Source of the DNA: Piromyces finnis finn
Taxonomy: Eukaryota; Fungi; Neocallimastigomycota
Direction: 5' to 3'
Assembly: GCA_002104945.1 (NCBI GenBank)
Contig: MCFH01000060.1
Location: 1-64,000 of the forward strand
Length of the DNA: 64,000 nt
The notes beneath the pieces are model-generated. The model searched no databases, was not told where the DNA came from, and saw nothing but the letters and a program-made list of their open reading frames with translations. The first letter of the stretch is position 1. Each line of letters begins with the position of its first letter. Made by a program: the position numbers and the translations under genes. Of the stretch, positions 11,182-24,200 are shown in pieces.

Positions 11182-12515
11182 TGTAAAAAATATTTGTGGT
11201 GTAAAATATTGTATTAATAGAATAATGTATTTAATACGTATTTAAAATAATGTACAATGTATTGAATTAATGTACCGTAAATCTTTACAAGATTTATATC
11301 ACAATACATTAACATAAATTTATGTAAATTTTATTTTTTAATTACAAAAATTTATATCACAATACATTAACATAAATTTATGTAAAATTTAATTTTATGA
11401 TAAGATAAAGTTTTTGATGATAAAATAAAATTTTAAATTAAATAAATTTTAACCAATAAATATTTTAGATAATAAAAAATTTTTTTTATAAACTAAGTCT
11501 CAAAATTAGAAATAAATAAATTGAATATATGTTTGAAATATAATCAACCATATAGTAAATAAATCAAAACTTTATTTTAAGTTTAGAAAATTCTTTATTA
11601 AATAAATTGAATTTAAATAGTTTAATACAAATAATTTCTTTTAATAAATGTATAAATGTAAACAATGTAAAATTATAATATTAAAACATGTATATTAGAA
11701 TTTATTCAATTTATTTAAAAAGTATAAATAAAGAAAATTTTTCAACTATTGAAACGATAGTTGGAAAATCGTATAGATTAATTTTGTTTAGATAAATTAA
11801 CATTAGTTTATAATTAGTTTATAGTTTAGATTAATAATTTTAGTTTTAAATAAATATAAATTGATTACCTAGTGAGGGCTCTGGTGAAATATCCTTCACG
11901 GTAAAGTAATCAACGGTTGTTTAGTTAGTATAGTTTTAAAAATAAATAAATAAATAAATAAAAATTATTATTAAAAATAATTAGTTTAATTGTTAGTTTA
12001 GTGTTGTATACAAACCTGAACTTTAGAATATTTTACAATAAGTTTGCCCACAAATATTTCAATTGAAACCATATATTCTGGTCACCATTTATTGGCCAGA
12101 TATATGTATAACCATATATTAATGGTTATTAATTAAATAGGAAGTTTATTTGCTTTACCCAATCAAGTGGTAAAGAAAATAAACTAATATAGTTAAATAG
12201 TATAGTTAAAACTAACGTTAAATACTTTAGCGTTAGTATTAGAGTAAATTAGTAACTATAATAATAATTAATGTATATAATTATAATTAATAAATAAAAG
12301 ATATAATTAATATAGAATTATTTAAGTAAACATTATTTCATAAAATCTTTATACATTTGTTTGTAATTATTTTAGTGTTATAATATTTATTTTATTTCTT
12401 TTATTATTTTTTATAAAACTTTGTTTAGTTATTAACTCGTATAGAGAGGTAATAACTAACTTAATTAACTAAATTATATAACTTATTAACTAATATTATA
12501 AAAACACCTTTTACA
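11182..12515 (+). mobile_element. Solo LTR family G (copy G1), interrupted by D1
   Basis: TGTAAAAAATATTTGTGG...CACCTTTTACA; homologous to 19153-20756 and 33598-34908; followed by ATTAT. Confidence 0.85.
11200..12037 (+). mobile_element. Solo LTR family D (copy D1)
   Basis: TGTAAAATATT...ATATTTTACA; homologous to 12539-14059 (inverted) and 33617-34424. No TSD; about 2 bp of G are missing at the junction. Confidence 0.85.
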
Positions 12516-12538
12516 ATTATTTTATGCAATAATTTTAT

Positions 12539-14059
12539 TGTAAAATATTCTAAAGTTCAGGTTTGTATACAACATGTCATGAATATTAGTGGATTCATGA
12601 TTATTTATTTAATTAGTGTTTTATTCGTTTAATTAATTAGAAATATTTTATTATAAAACATAATTAAATAATATTTTAAGAAATATTAATTAATTATAAT
12701 TATTAAGATTTTTATTTATTAAAGTTTGAATTAATATTTCTTTGTTCATTTGATTAAGAAGGAAATTAAAACTAAATTATAAAATAATCATTCCTTCTAC
12801 AAATGATTGATAATATGACTTTTATAATTATTAAATTTAACACGAGTGAAAAGTCATATATAATTAATATATAATTAATTTATAGAATAGTTAATTAATA
12901 TAAATAATTAGTCATGTATTAAATTTAAAATGTATTCCTTAATATTAGAGATAGTATAAATACTCGAGAAAATTCCTATCATTAGGAATTTCGAGAGTTC
13001 ATTACATTTAATATTTACTCTAATTATAATAATAACTAATAAATAAAGATTTTTCTTTAAATAAAAATTTATTAATAAATAAAGTTAATAAAATATTATT
13101 TATTTAAAAATTTACTAATTCATTTATTTAATTAATTGATAAACTTAGGATAAATATGTACGTTCCGACCTAACTGAAGTGAATCCTTACCACAACACTA
13201 AACTAACAATTAAACTAATTATTTTTAATAATAATTTTTATTTATTTATTTATTTATTTTTAAAACTATACTAACTAAACAACCGTTGATTACTTTACCG
13301 TGAAGGATATTTCACCAGAGCCCTCACTAGGTAATCAATTTATATTTATTTAAAACTAAAATTATTAATCTAAACTATAAACTAATTATAAACTAATGTT
13401 AATTTATCTATACTAAATTAACCTATACGATTTTCCAACTATCGTTTCAATAGTTGAAAAATTTTCTTTATTTATACTTTTTAAATAAATTGAATAAATT
13501 CTAATATACATGTTTTAATATTATAATTTTACATTGTTTACATTTATACATTTATTAAAAGAAATTATTTGTATTAAACTATTTAAATTCAATTTATTTA
13601 CTAAAGAATTTTCTAAACTTAAAATAAAGTTTTTATTTATTTACTATTTGGTTGATTATATTTCAAACATATATTCAATTTATTTATTTCTAATTTTGAG
13701 ACTTAGTTTATAAAAAAAAATTTTTTTTATTATCTAAATATTTATTGGTTAAAATTTATTTAATTTAAAATTTTATTTTATCATCAAAAACTTTATCTTA
13801 TCATAAAATTAAATTTTACATAAATTTATGTTAATGTATTGTAATATAAATTTTTGTAATTAAAAAATAAAATTTACATAAATTTATGTTAATGTATTGT
13901 AATATAAATTTTTGTAATTAAAAAATAAAATTTACATAAATTTATGTTAATGTATTGTGATATGAATTTTATGGAAATTTACGGTACATTAATTTAATAC
14001 ATTATACAATATTTTAAATACGTATTAAATACATTATTCTATTAATACAATATTTTACA
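12539..14059 (-). mobile_element. Solo LTR family D (copy D2), interrupted by E1
   Basis: Inverted copy of D1; TSD TTTAT at 12534-38 and 14060-64. Confidence 0.88.
12575..13192 (+). mobile_element. Solo LTR family E (copy E1)
   Basis: TGTCATG...CCTTACCA; TSD CAACA at 12570-74 and 13193-97; inverted copy at 17472-18091. Confidence 0.9.
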
Positions 14060-14099
14060 TTTATTATATGCATTAATATTTCACATAATAAAATTATTA

Positions 14100-15097
14100 T
14101 GTGAAGATATTAACTGGATTTAAAACAAATTCAGATAATATCTATAATTAATTAAACATAATAATTAGAATTAAATGATCCCAATAATTATTTTAAAACA
14201 CCTTTAAAAGTCACCTTTTAAATTTTGGTTCAGTGAAAGGGTTATGATTTCAAAAAATTTAATATCAATACACTATAACCCTTAGCCAAAAATAAACAAA
14301 TACGAAACTACGCATAACTCGCCAAAAACGAGTGCTACGGCTGTAAGTACTACGGCTATGAAACTAGGTTTATTAGAAAGCTTAAGGGAAAAGCTATATT
14401 TTGGTATAATCGCGGTCCTTCTAACTGGTCATTTAAGGAAGATATGATCATTTGAAGATTTTAATAAGTAAATTAAAATTAATATGATATCAAGTATGGA
14501 TCATAGACATTTCTTATGACTTGACGAAAATTAAAAATATATCAATAGAAATTCTAATTATATTAATTTAATTAATGATAGTGACTGTTACTAAAAATAG
14601 AACTAAACCATTTAGGTGTAACAGTTAACATTTATAAATTAAATAATTTTAATTATTATAAAATAGATTAATGGATCAAGTGTTTAAATGATTAATCATA
14701 TGTTTATTTTATTTTATGTCATGACAAAACAAACAAACAAACAAACAAACAATCTTATTATATTATTAACATATTACATGTAATACTTTATTTTTATCAA
14801 TTTAATAATCTGAACAAAGAATATAAAATAGAATGAATTGAATTTGATTTTAATTCTTTGTAAAGATTATAGTTATAATCTTAATTATATAGTTATTAAA
14901 TATATTATCATTTATATTATTATTAATAAATAAATAAAATTTTATAAAAAAAAGTTATTCTAAAGAATAAATATTAATTTTTCATTTGGAAGTTTAAAGG
15001 GTTATTTTATATTTAAATTTAATTTCTTAAAAACATATTTACTATATAATTGATAACATTCTGACCTGGCCGCATAACCAAATCCAAAAACTTAACA
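14100..15097 (+). mobile_element. Solo LTR family F (copy F1)
   Basis: TGTGAAG...CTTAACA, 998 bp; TSD TATTA at 14095-99 and 15098-102; copies at 18097-19094 and 41321-42321. Confidence 0.9.
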
Positions 15098-15164
15098 TAT
15101 TAGCTACATTTTAACACTAATTGTTAAAATGAGATAATGATAATGAAACTATTTATTAAAATAA

Positions 15165-15681
15165 AGAAGAATATACTTATCGAGTTTATTATAAGAGCCT
15201 ATAAATAACGTTTGTGTTAGGGTTTTAGAATATTTTTTATTACAAGAATGTTTTATTTATGTTAAAAGTGTATCAATTTATTTATGTTATTTATTATAAT
15301 TTCTTATAATAATAACTCTTGATTTTCAAATGAAACTCAAGAGGTCTTTTTATATAAAAACTTAAAGAATAAAAGAAAGTTCTAATCTTAATAAATTTCT
15401 TTTCTAGAAAAAGATTAGAAGAAAAAACTAGAAAAGTTTCGATTGATAATCTATTCTTATCAATCATCGTATTATTAGATAAAACCGAATGGATTCGGGA
15501 AAATTCTAATAATCGATTTTTTCTAAATACAATAATTTACATTACATTTAAAATACATTATGTATTATAATAAAATTTAATAAAATTTAATAAAATATTA
15601 AAGGTTAAATAAAAAATATAATAAATTATTTTTAATAAGAAATATAGATTATTTATTATAAAATAAATCTAATTTCTTACA
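15165..15681 (+). mobile_element. Diverged solo LTR family M (copy M1); left boundary uncertain
   Basis: Homologous to 37177-37857 and ends ATTTCTTACA. Followed by AATAA; a possible left AATAA copy is at 15160-64. Confidence 0.6.
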
Positions 15682-15687
15682 AATAAA

Positions 15688-16291
15688 TGGTACAACCTGT
15701 TTGTTTTGTTTGTACCTTTATATGGATCAATACAACTAGAATGAATAAAACAATTATTATATTATAATGAAATAACACAACAATAAAAAATGATTTTTAT
15801 ATTTTATGTATTATTTTTTATATTCTTTTTATTTATCTTTGATCAATAATGTACTATTAATGATTTAAACTCTTATAATAGAAATAAATAAGTATAATTC
15901 ACTAGATTATAATCTGAATATCACTATTAATTCCTACTTAAATCTAATAATATTATTTATCTATCTAGTATTATCACTTATGCCTATTTTCTTATTATTA
16001 TTTCTTATTATCTTTTTATATCGTTTCTTCTTTTAATATTTATTAATTCTCTTTTATTAAATACTCTTTGTTGTAATTAAGGTTTTTAGTCTTTTTAATT
16101 AATTTTATTTATAATTTTTATTTTAGTTATTGCTATAAGCGTTATTAATTAAATCAATAATTGTTAGCTTATAAATTTATATATTAAATTTTTATTAAAC
16201 CTAAAATACTTAAAGTAGAATTATTATTAGTAAAATTAAAGGTTAAATTGGAATTCCTATGCTCTTACATTTTTCTGAATCAGTCGTACCA
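15688..16291 (-). mobile_element. Solo LTR family O (TGATA-type)
   Basis: Terminal inverted repeat TGGTAC...GTACCA; 4-bp TSD TAAA at 15684-87 and 16292-95. Confidence 0.75.
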
Positions 16292-16297
16292 TAAAGC

Positions 16298-16921
16298 TGT
16301 CACAATAACATATATAAAAATTTAAAAAATTTGGACACATGGAAAAAATTAAAAATTTTTTTAAAATTTGAAAATTTGAAAATTTGAAAAAATTTATTTT
16401 TTAAATTTTTATTAAAAAATTTCAAAGTATAAAATTTCTAATATTTGAAATTATTAAATTTTTTAAAATTATTAAAATTTTATTATTAAAAATTTTATTT
16501 TAAATTTATTTATTAACTATTTACAATAATTATATTAATTATTAATTTATAAAAATTAAATATTTTATAATTAGATAATAATTAATTAAAATTAAAAAAT
16601 GTAATAATTAAAATTGTTCATGTATAAAAAGAACAAAAATTGACAAAAATTACGAAGCTTTAGCGTTAGTAATTTTTTTTAACTTAAAGTTAATAAAATT
16701 TATAAACTTCTATAAAACCTAAAACTTTAAAAATTTTAATATTTTTAATAACTTAATATATGCTGATATTAAGTTATTGCTAAAATAAAAATATTATTTA
16801 ATTTTCTTTATATAAATATTATTAGCTTTATGCCTTCAATAGGAAAGCGTATTATATTTGTTAATTAATATAACTAGTATGCTTACCACACTTTTCTTTA
16901 ATAAAAAATCGCTTTTTGACA
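16298..16921 (+). mobile_element. Solo LTR family A (copy A1)
   Basis: TGTCACAAT...GCTTTTTGACA, same as the LTRs of the element at 26936-33594. TSD AAAGC at 16293-97; the right copy is split by J1 and is restored when J1 is removed. Confidence 0.92.
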
Positions 16922-16955
16922 AATGATAAATAATTAAATTTATAAATTATGAATT

Positions 16956-17010
<55 letters not shown>

Positions 17011-17084
17011 TTAAAACACAGATAGTTGAAAATTAAAATAATTAACATGTATAAAATTATTAAATTAAAAATTATAAATGTAAA

Positions 17085-17115
<31 letters not shown>

Positions 17116-17471
17116 TAAATTAAATAGTTTATATTTGTTTATAACTATACTTTAAAATAATAATTTTGTATAAATAGTGATAGAAAATGTTCTTTTTAAA
17201 AGATGTTCCTAATAATCCAGTAAAATTAGATAATAATATTAAATTTAATTAAAATTATAGTTGTGATTATATTTACATACATTCAAGATGTATTAAACCA
17301 TAACATATATATATTTAATAATACAAGAGTTATTAAATATTAAAACTTTATAATTAAATAAAATAATTTTATATTTTAAACTAACAAAGACTTGCAAATG
17401 AACAAGTATAAAAATCATTTATTTTATTTTATTTTTTTTTATTTTTTTTTTAGATACAAATATTATCACTT

Positions 17472-18091
17472 TGTTAAGGATTTCACTTCAGTTAGGTCGG
17501 AACGTACATATTTATCCTAAGTTTATCAATTAATTAAATAAATGAATTAGTAAATTTTTAAATAAATAATATTTTATTAACTTTATTTATTAATAAATTT
17601 TTATTTAAAGAAAAATCTTTATTTATTAGTTATTATTATAATTAGAGTAAATATTAAATGTAATGAACTCTCGAAATTCCTAATGATAGGAATTTTCTCG
17701 AGTATTTATACTATCTCTAATATTAAGGAATACATTTTAAATTTAATACATGACTAATTATTTATATTAATTAACTATTCTATAAATTAATTATATATTA
17801 ATTATATATGACTTTTCACTCGTGTTAAATTTAATAATTATAAAAGTCATATTATCAATCATTTGTAGAAGGAATGATTATTTTATAATTTAGTTTTAAT
17901 TTCCTTCTTAATCAAATGAACAAAGAAATATTAATTCAAACTTTAATAAATATAAAATCTTAATAATTATAATTAATTAATATTCCTTAAAATATTATTT
18001 AATTATGTTTTATAATAAAATATTTCTAATTAATTAAACGAATAAAACACTAATTAAATAAATAATCATGAATCCACTAATATTCATGACA
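17472..18091 (-). mobile_element. Solo LTR family E (copy E2)
   Basis: Inverted copy of E1; flanked by CACTT at 17467-71 and 18092-96. Confidence 0.9.
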
Positions 18092-18096
18092 CACTT

Positions 18097-19094
18097 TGTT
18101 AAGTTTTTGGATTTGGTTATGCGGCCAGGTCAGAATGTTATCAATTATATAGTAAATATGTTTTTAAGAAATTAAATTTAAATATAAAATAACACTTTAA
18201 ACTTCCAAATGAAAAATTAATATTTATTCTTTAGAATAATTTTTTTTATAAAATTTTATTTATTTATTAATAATAATATAAATGATAATATATTTAATAA
18301 CTATATAATTAAGATTATAACTATAATCTTTACAAAGAATTAAAATCAAATTCAATTCATTCTATTTTATATTCTTTGTTCAGATTATTAAATTGATAAA
18401 AATAAAGTATTACATGTAATATGTTAATAATATAATAAGATTGTTTGTTTGTTTGTTTGTTTGTTTTGTCATGACATAAAATAAAATAAACATATGATTA
18501 ATCATTTAAACACTTGATCCATTAACCTATTTTATAATAATTAAAATTATTTAATTTATAAATGTTAACCGTTACACCTAAATGGTTTAGTTCTATTTTT
18601 AGTAACAGTCACTATCATTAATTAAATTAATATAATTAGAATTTCTATTAATATCTTTTTAATTTTCATCAAGTCATAAGAAATGTCTATGATCTATACT
18701 TGATATCATATTAATTTTAATTTACTTATTAAAATCTTCAAATGATCATATCTTCCTTAAATGACCAGTTAGAAGGACCGCGATTGTACCAAAATGTAGC
18801 TTTTTCCTTAAGCTTTCTAATAAACCTGGTTTTATAGCCGTAGCACTTACAGCCGTAGCACTCGTTTTTGGCGAGTTATGCGTAGTTTCGTATTTGTTTA
18901 TTTTTGGCTAAGGGTTATAGTGTATTGATATTAAATTTTTTTGAAATCATAACCCTTTCACTGAATCAAAATTTAAAAGGTGACTTTTAAAGGTGTTTTA
19001 AAATAATTATTGGGATCATTTAATTCTAATTATTATGTTTAATTAATTATAGATATTATCTGAATTTGTTTTAAATCCAGTTAATATCTTCACA
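18097..19094 (-). mobile_element. Solo LTR family F (copy F2)
   Basis: Inverted copy of F1; flanked by CACTT at 18092-96 and 19095-99. Confidence 0.9.
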
Positions 19095-19152
19095 CACTTT
19101 CTATATTCATTTATAGAATTAAGATAATATTTTTCTTCGTATCAACAAAAGC

Positions 19153-20756
19153 TGTAAGAAATATTTGTGGCCATAAGTTTGCCCACAAATATTTCAATTG
19201 AAACCATATATTCTGGTCACCATTTATTGGCCAGATATATGTATAACCATATATTAATGGTTATTAATTAAATAGGAAGTTTATTTGCTTTACCCAATCA
19301 AGTGGTAAAGAAAATAAACTAATATAGTTAAATAGTATAGTTAAAACTAACGTTAAATACTTTAGCGTTAGTATTAGAGTAAATTAGTAACTATAATAAT
19401 AATTAATGTATATAATTATAATTAATAAATAAAAGATATAATTAATATAGAATTATTTAAGTAAACATTATTTCATAAAATCTTTATACATTTGTTTGTA
19501 ATTATTTTAGTGTTATAATATTTATTTTATTTCTTTTATTATTTTTTATAAAACTTTGTTTAGTTATTAACTCGTATAGAGAGGTAATAACTAACTTAAT
19601 TAGTGTAAAAGTTTTACTAAACTTATAATTTAATATTAAAATATTAAATTAAATAAAAGGTTAAAAGATAACTAGGTTAGAAAAAAAATGTTTTATTAAA
19701 ATAATCTTAATTGATTTATAAATGAATAATTAAATTATATATTATGGTTAAAATAATTTCTTTTATTTTATTTAATGATATATTGCTAAAATATATAATA
19801 ATAAGATTATTTAGTAGTAATACTCATTAAGTATTAATTATTATTAATAGTTAATAATTTATAGTTAATAATTTAATAATTTATGGTTAATAATTTTTGG
19901 TTAATAATCTTTACAAAGATTTTAATTTCATAAACTATTCTAAACTATTTATACTATTTGTAATTTTACATTTAATAATAAAATAACTTTTCAATACATG
20001 ATTATATTCATAATATATTTTATAATACTAAGGTTAAACTTAAGACTTATTACTAATTATTAAAAATAACTATTGTCTATATATTCATAATATTAATTAT
20101 TTCTTAATTATAATATAATTCATTGAATATAATATTAATAATTTATAATCTTTTAATTCAAAAATTATAAGCTATGTTATTGAAATAATTATTATAAAAT
20201 AAAGTTAATTAGTTCCGGAAAATAATTTTGATTTAATTAAACAATAATTTTTATACTTTGAGTGAATGATTTATGTTTGATATATCAGGGGTGATCATTC
20301 TCTGAATAAACAATTAATCATTGCTAACAAAATATCTTTAAATTGGAATATCTCGTGAACCAGCAGAGATATTGACCTGATTTTAAGATATGTTGTTTGT
20401 CTCGAGCGTGGCTTTCTAACGAACGTAATTATAACCAAAATATTTTTATTCAAAAATCGTCATTCGTTGAGGAGATACGCGTGTTTTTCCTTATTCCATT
20501 TTAACGATAAGGGTTAAAGTTATTTATTATAAAAATTATTAAGGGTTAAGGTCATATTTTAACCTTTTCTAAATTTTTAAATATTTCTTAATAAAATTTT
20601 ATAATTTATTTGAAAATAAAATATTTGTTGATTTTGAAATTTCATAAGTGATTTCACAATTCCAAGTGATCTTGAAATTGTATTTTCACTAGTATTCGTG
20701 ACAATTAGCTAAATATTAATAACTTATTAACTAATATTATAAAAACACCTTTTGCA
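19153..20756 (+). mobile_element. Solo LTR family G (copy G2), containing H1
   Basis: TGTAAGAAAT...CCTTTTGCA; TSD AAAGC at 19148-52 and 20757-61; the TSD ends 8 bp before tRNA-Ser. Confidence 0.9.
19604..20703. mobile_element. Solo LTR family H (copy H1)
   Basis: TGTAA...GTGACA, 1100 bp; TSD ATTAG at 19599-603 and 20704-08; its end matches (inverted) 42912-42997. Confidence 0.85.
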
Positions 20757-20769
20757 AAAGCAATGTTAA

Positions 20770-20851
20770 GTCAGTTTGTCCGAGTGGTTAAGGAGTCAGA
20801 CTTGAAATCTGATGGGCTTTGCCCGCGCAGGTTCAAACCCTGCAGCTGACG
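20770..20851 (+). tRNA. tRNA-Ser (anticodon TGA)
   Basis: Acceptor stem GTCAGTT/AGCTGAC, D loop CGAGTGGTTAAGG, anticodon arm TCAGA-CTTGAAA-TCTGA, long variable arm, GTTCAAACC T loop. Confidence 0.97.
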
Positions 20852-20861
20852 AATGATTTAA

Positions 20862-20869
20862 TTTTTTTT
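20862..20869 (+). terminator. Pol III T-run terminator of tRNA-Ser
   Basis: T8 starting 11 bp after the tRNA 3' end. Confidence 0.7.
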
Positions 20870-21229
20870 AAAAATGTTAAAATTATAATGAAATAATTTT
20901 ATATTTTATTTACTATTAATTAATTATATAATTATATATTATTTAAATTTTTATGTATTAATTAAATTAATTATATGAAAAGTATAATTTTATTTAATAT
21001 TATATAAATATATATTTTTTACTATTATTAAAATGTAGTTCTTTTCATAATATAAGAAAAGACATTATTAAATAACTTGTATTAAATAATAATAAATATT
21101 AATAACAAATATTAATAAATAAATAATAATAAATAAATATAAAATAATATATATACATATTATACAAATATTTATTTATAAAGTGTTGGTGTTATATAAA
21201 ATATTATAATAATAATATTTAATCATAAA

Positions 21230-21244
21230 AGATTAAGAGTCTCA
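21230..21244 (+). other. PBS complementary to the anticodon arm of tRNA-Lys(CUU)
   Basis: AGATTAAGAGTCTCA; its reverse complement TGAGACTCTTAATCT is the conserved eukaryotic tRNA-Lys-CTT anticodon arm. Confidence 0.8.
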
Positions 21245-21258
21245 ATTGTCTCAAGAAA

Positions 21259-24200
21259 ATGTCTAATAATAAAAATAAAAATCTACTAAGTTCAAATATG
21301 GACCCTTCTAGTTTTATAGGAAAATTCCAAATAGAACTTAATAAAGAAAATTTTCAAGCTTGGCAGATCAAAGTCAGAGATATTTTAAGATGCTGCGGTT
21401 TGGAAGAATATATTGATGAAAATAAAACTCCAAAGATATATATAAAGAATATATCAGAGAGTGAAAAAGAAAATTATAAAGAAGTCCCACATGAGCCTAA
21501 CATGTACTATAATAAAAATGTAACAGATGAAACTCTTGCTATTGATAATAAAGTAAGAATGTTTATTAGAAGTACATTGGCACCAAAATCAGTTGAAGAT
21601 GTTCAAAGTAGAACACTTACTGGTTACCAAATATGGAAAACTTTAGAAAGTATATATATAGGAAACCAATCCAGTAAGAAAACTGACCTTATTAAAGAAG
21701 TGAATAGAATGAAATACAACCCACAAGATAGTATAGCCAGTTTTGTAAATAAACTAAATTTAAAATTTGAAACATTAGAATCCATGGGAGTCCATATAGA
21801 TGAAGAAGAAAAGGCCGCCGTTTTATACAGAGCTATGCCAAAACAATACCAATGGATAAATATATTCGATTATGAAGGTAACTGGACTTTATGTAGAGAA
21901 TATGTATCAAATAGAGTTCAGTCTGTTCAAAGGTCAGAAGAAAGGGAACGAAGTAATAGGCTTGGATTTAATCAAGTTTTTAGTAGTGAAAGTGGCTATG
22001 GAAATTATGATAATTATAATCATAAAAATAATAAATTTTCAAATTATAAAAATAAAAATAATAAAAATAAAAATGATATAATATGTCATTTTTGTAATAA
22101 AAGAGGCCACATTGAAAGAAACTGCATATTTAAAGAAAAATTAGCAAAAGAATATAATTCAAACAATAAAAATTATAAAAATAAACAAAATAAAAAATAT
22201 AAAAAGAAATATGCAGATGTAGTTACAAAACAAAGAAGTAACTACAAGGATATAACACCAAATTTATTCAACGTGGATTATGATTCTACATATGAAAAAG
22301 AATCAAACAGTGTTGTAAAAGTAAATTTTTCAAATAAAAAATATAAAAAGGTTATAAAATCAAAAGGGAACTTTAGTATGTGGATGCTAGATTCAGGAGC
22401 ATCAGTTCACCTTACAAACGATATTAAATTATTATATAAAATTAAAAGACATAAAGAACCAATTTACTATGCGGATGGTGAAGTTGGTTATTCTACACAT
22501 ATAGGCAACATAAAAGGCTACTTTAATAAAGAACAAATAATTTTAAAAAATGTTTTATATGTTCCAGATATTAAAAGGAATTTAATATCTATTTCAAATT
22601 TTGTTAAAGAAGGTCTTAATGTAAATTTTAAATATATAAATAATGCTGCCACAGCATTTATCCAAGATAAAAATAAAAATAATATATATGTATCAAGAGA
22701 AGATGAACATAACATATTTAATGTTTATATATCAAAGACAAAATTATTTAACTACCAAATACAAAATCCAATGTATTGTTATTCAATTAGGAAGTTAAAT
22801 AATGATGAAAAATTACATCTTTGGCATAGAAGATTAGGTCATTTTCATGCCAAAAGTATTGAAAATAAATTATTAAATATAAACATTAAAGATATTTGTG
22901 AAACATGTTCATTATCAAAATTAAAAAATCAACCATATCATAGTTCTACTAATAAAAGTACAGAAGTACTTCAATTAGTACATACTGATATAGTTGGACC
23001 CATTAACGCGTCATCTATATACGGTAATCATTATTTTATTACCTTTTTAGATGATTATTCAAGATATGGATGGGTAATTTTTATAAAAAATAAAAGTGAC
23101 GCGTTTAACGCGTTTAAAATATGGTATAATAAAGTTACCAATGAATTTAAAAAGAATATTACATATTTAAGAAGTGATAATGGTACAGAATATAAGTCTT
23201 TAAATTTTAAAAATTTTTGTGATACTCATGGTATTACACAACAATTCACTGTACCATATAATCCACAACAAAATGGACGCGCTGAAAGGTTTAATGGAGT
23301 ACTAATCCATGCAGCTACCACTATGATGCAAGATGCTAAATTATGTAGAAGATTCTGGGAAGACGCAGTCAGAACTGCCAATTATATACATAACAGGTTA
23401 CCTCACAATGGAAATGACTTGAAGGTACCCTATGAAATGTTATATAATATCCCAGTAGACTACAGTAAATTTCGTGTTTTTGGATGTAAAGTGTTACATC
23501 TTAAACGTAACACTGAAAAACACAAATTTGAAAGCACTTCGCTACCTGGCATATTTATTGGTTATGATGACACTTCTACCGGATTCAGAATTTTTGACTT
23601 AAATTCTTTTAAAATTGTCATCAAAAGAGTAGTTGAATTTTTAGAAGACCAACCAGGTAATTTTAATTTTGATGATAACGTCAAAAATGTCAATTTCATC
23701 GATTATGATTCATTAATCAATGAAATGGAGGGGGACGATAACGAAAGTCTTCAACAGGACATAGAAATTGGCATATCATCAAACATTAATAACAATGATT
23801 TTCCAAATAATTTTAATAAAATAAAATATAATGCCAACAATAACTATATCGGCATTAATAGTAATAATAATAAGGATAATATTATTTATAACAATAATAA
23901 TAAAGAAAACATTAAAAATTATAACATAAATGAAAATAACAATTTAAATATAAATAACAATTTAAATATAAATAACAATTTAAATGAAAATAACAATTTA
24001 AATGAAAATAATATTTTAAAAGAAAATAACGATTTAAACACAAATAATAATTTAAATGAAAATAATAATTTAAATGAAAATAACAATTCAAATAAAAACA
24101 ATAATTCAAATGAAAACGATAATCCAAATAAAAACAATATTTCAGATGAAAATAATAATTCAAATGAAAGTAATGATTTAAATAAAAATAAAATAAAAAA

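Larger units (their letters stand above)
16924..19144 (-). mobile_element. Solo LTR family J (copy J1), containing E2 and F2
   Basis: Termini TGATA/CGTATCA; TSD ACAAA at 16919-23 and 19145-49; homologous (inverted) to 41269-42854. Confidence 0.8.

Noticed and set aside
10343-20756. Repeats as MITEs/DNA transposons, or a CRISPR-like array
   Set aside because: Termini are TG...CA with short inverted repeats and 4-5 bp TSDs, and families A and L match LTRs of full retroelements here. There are no short regularly spaced repeats with spacers and no cas genes.
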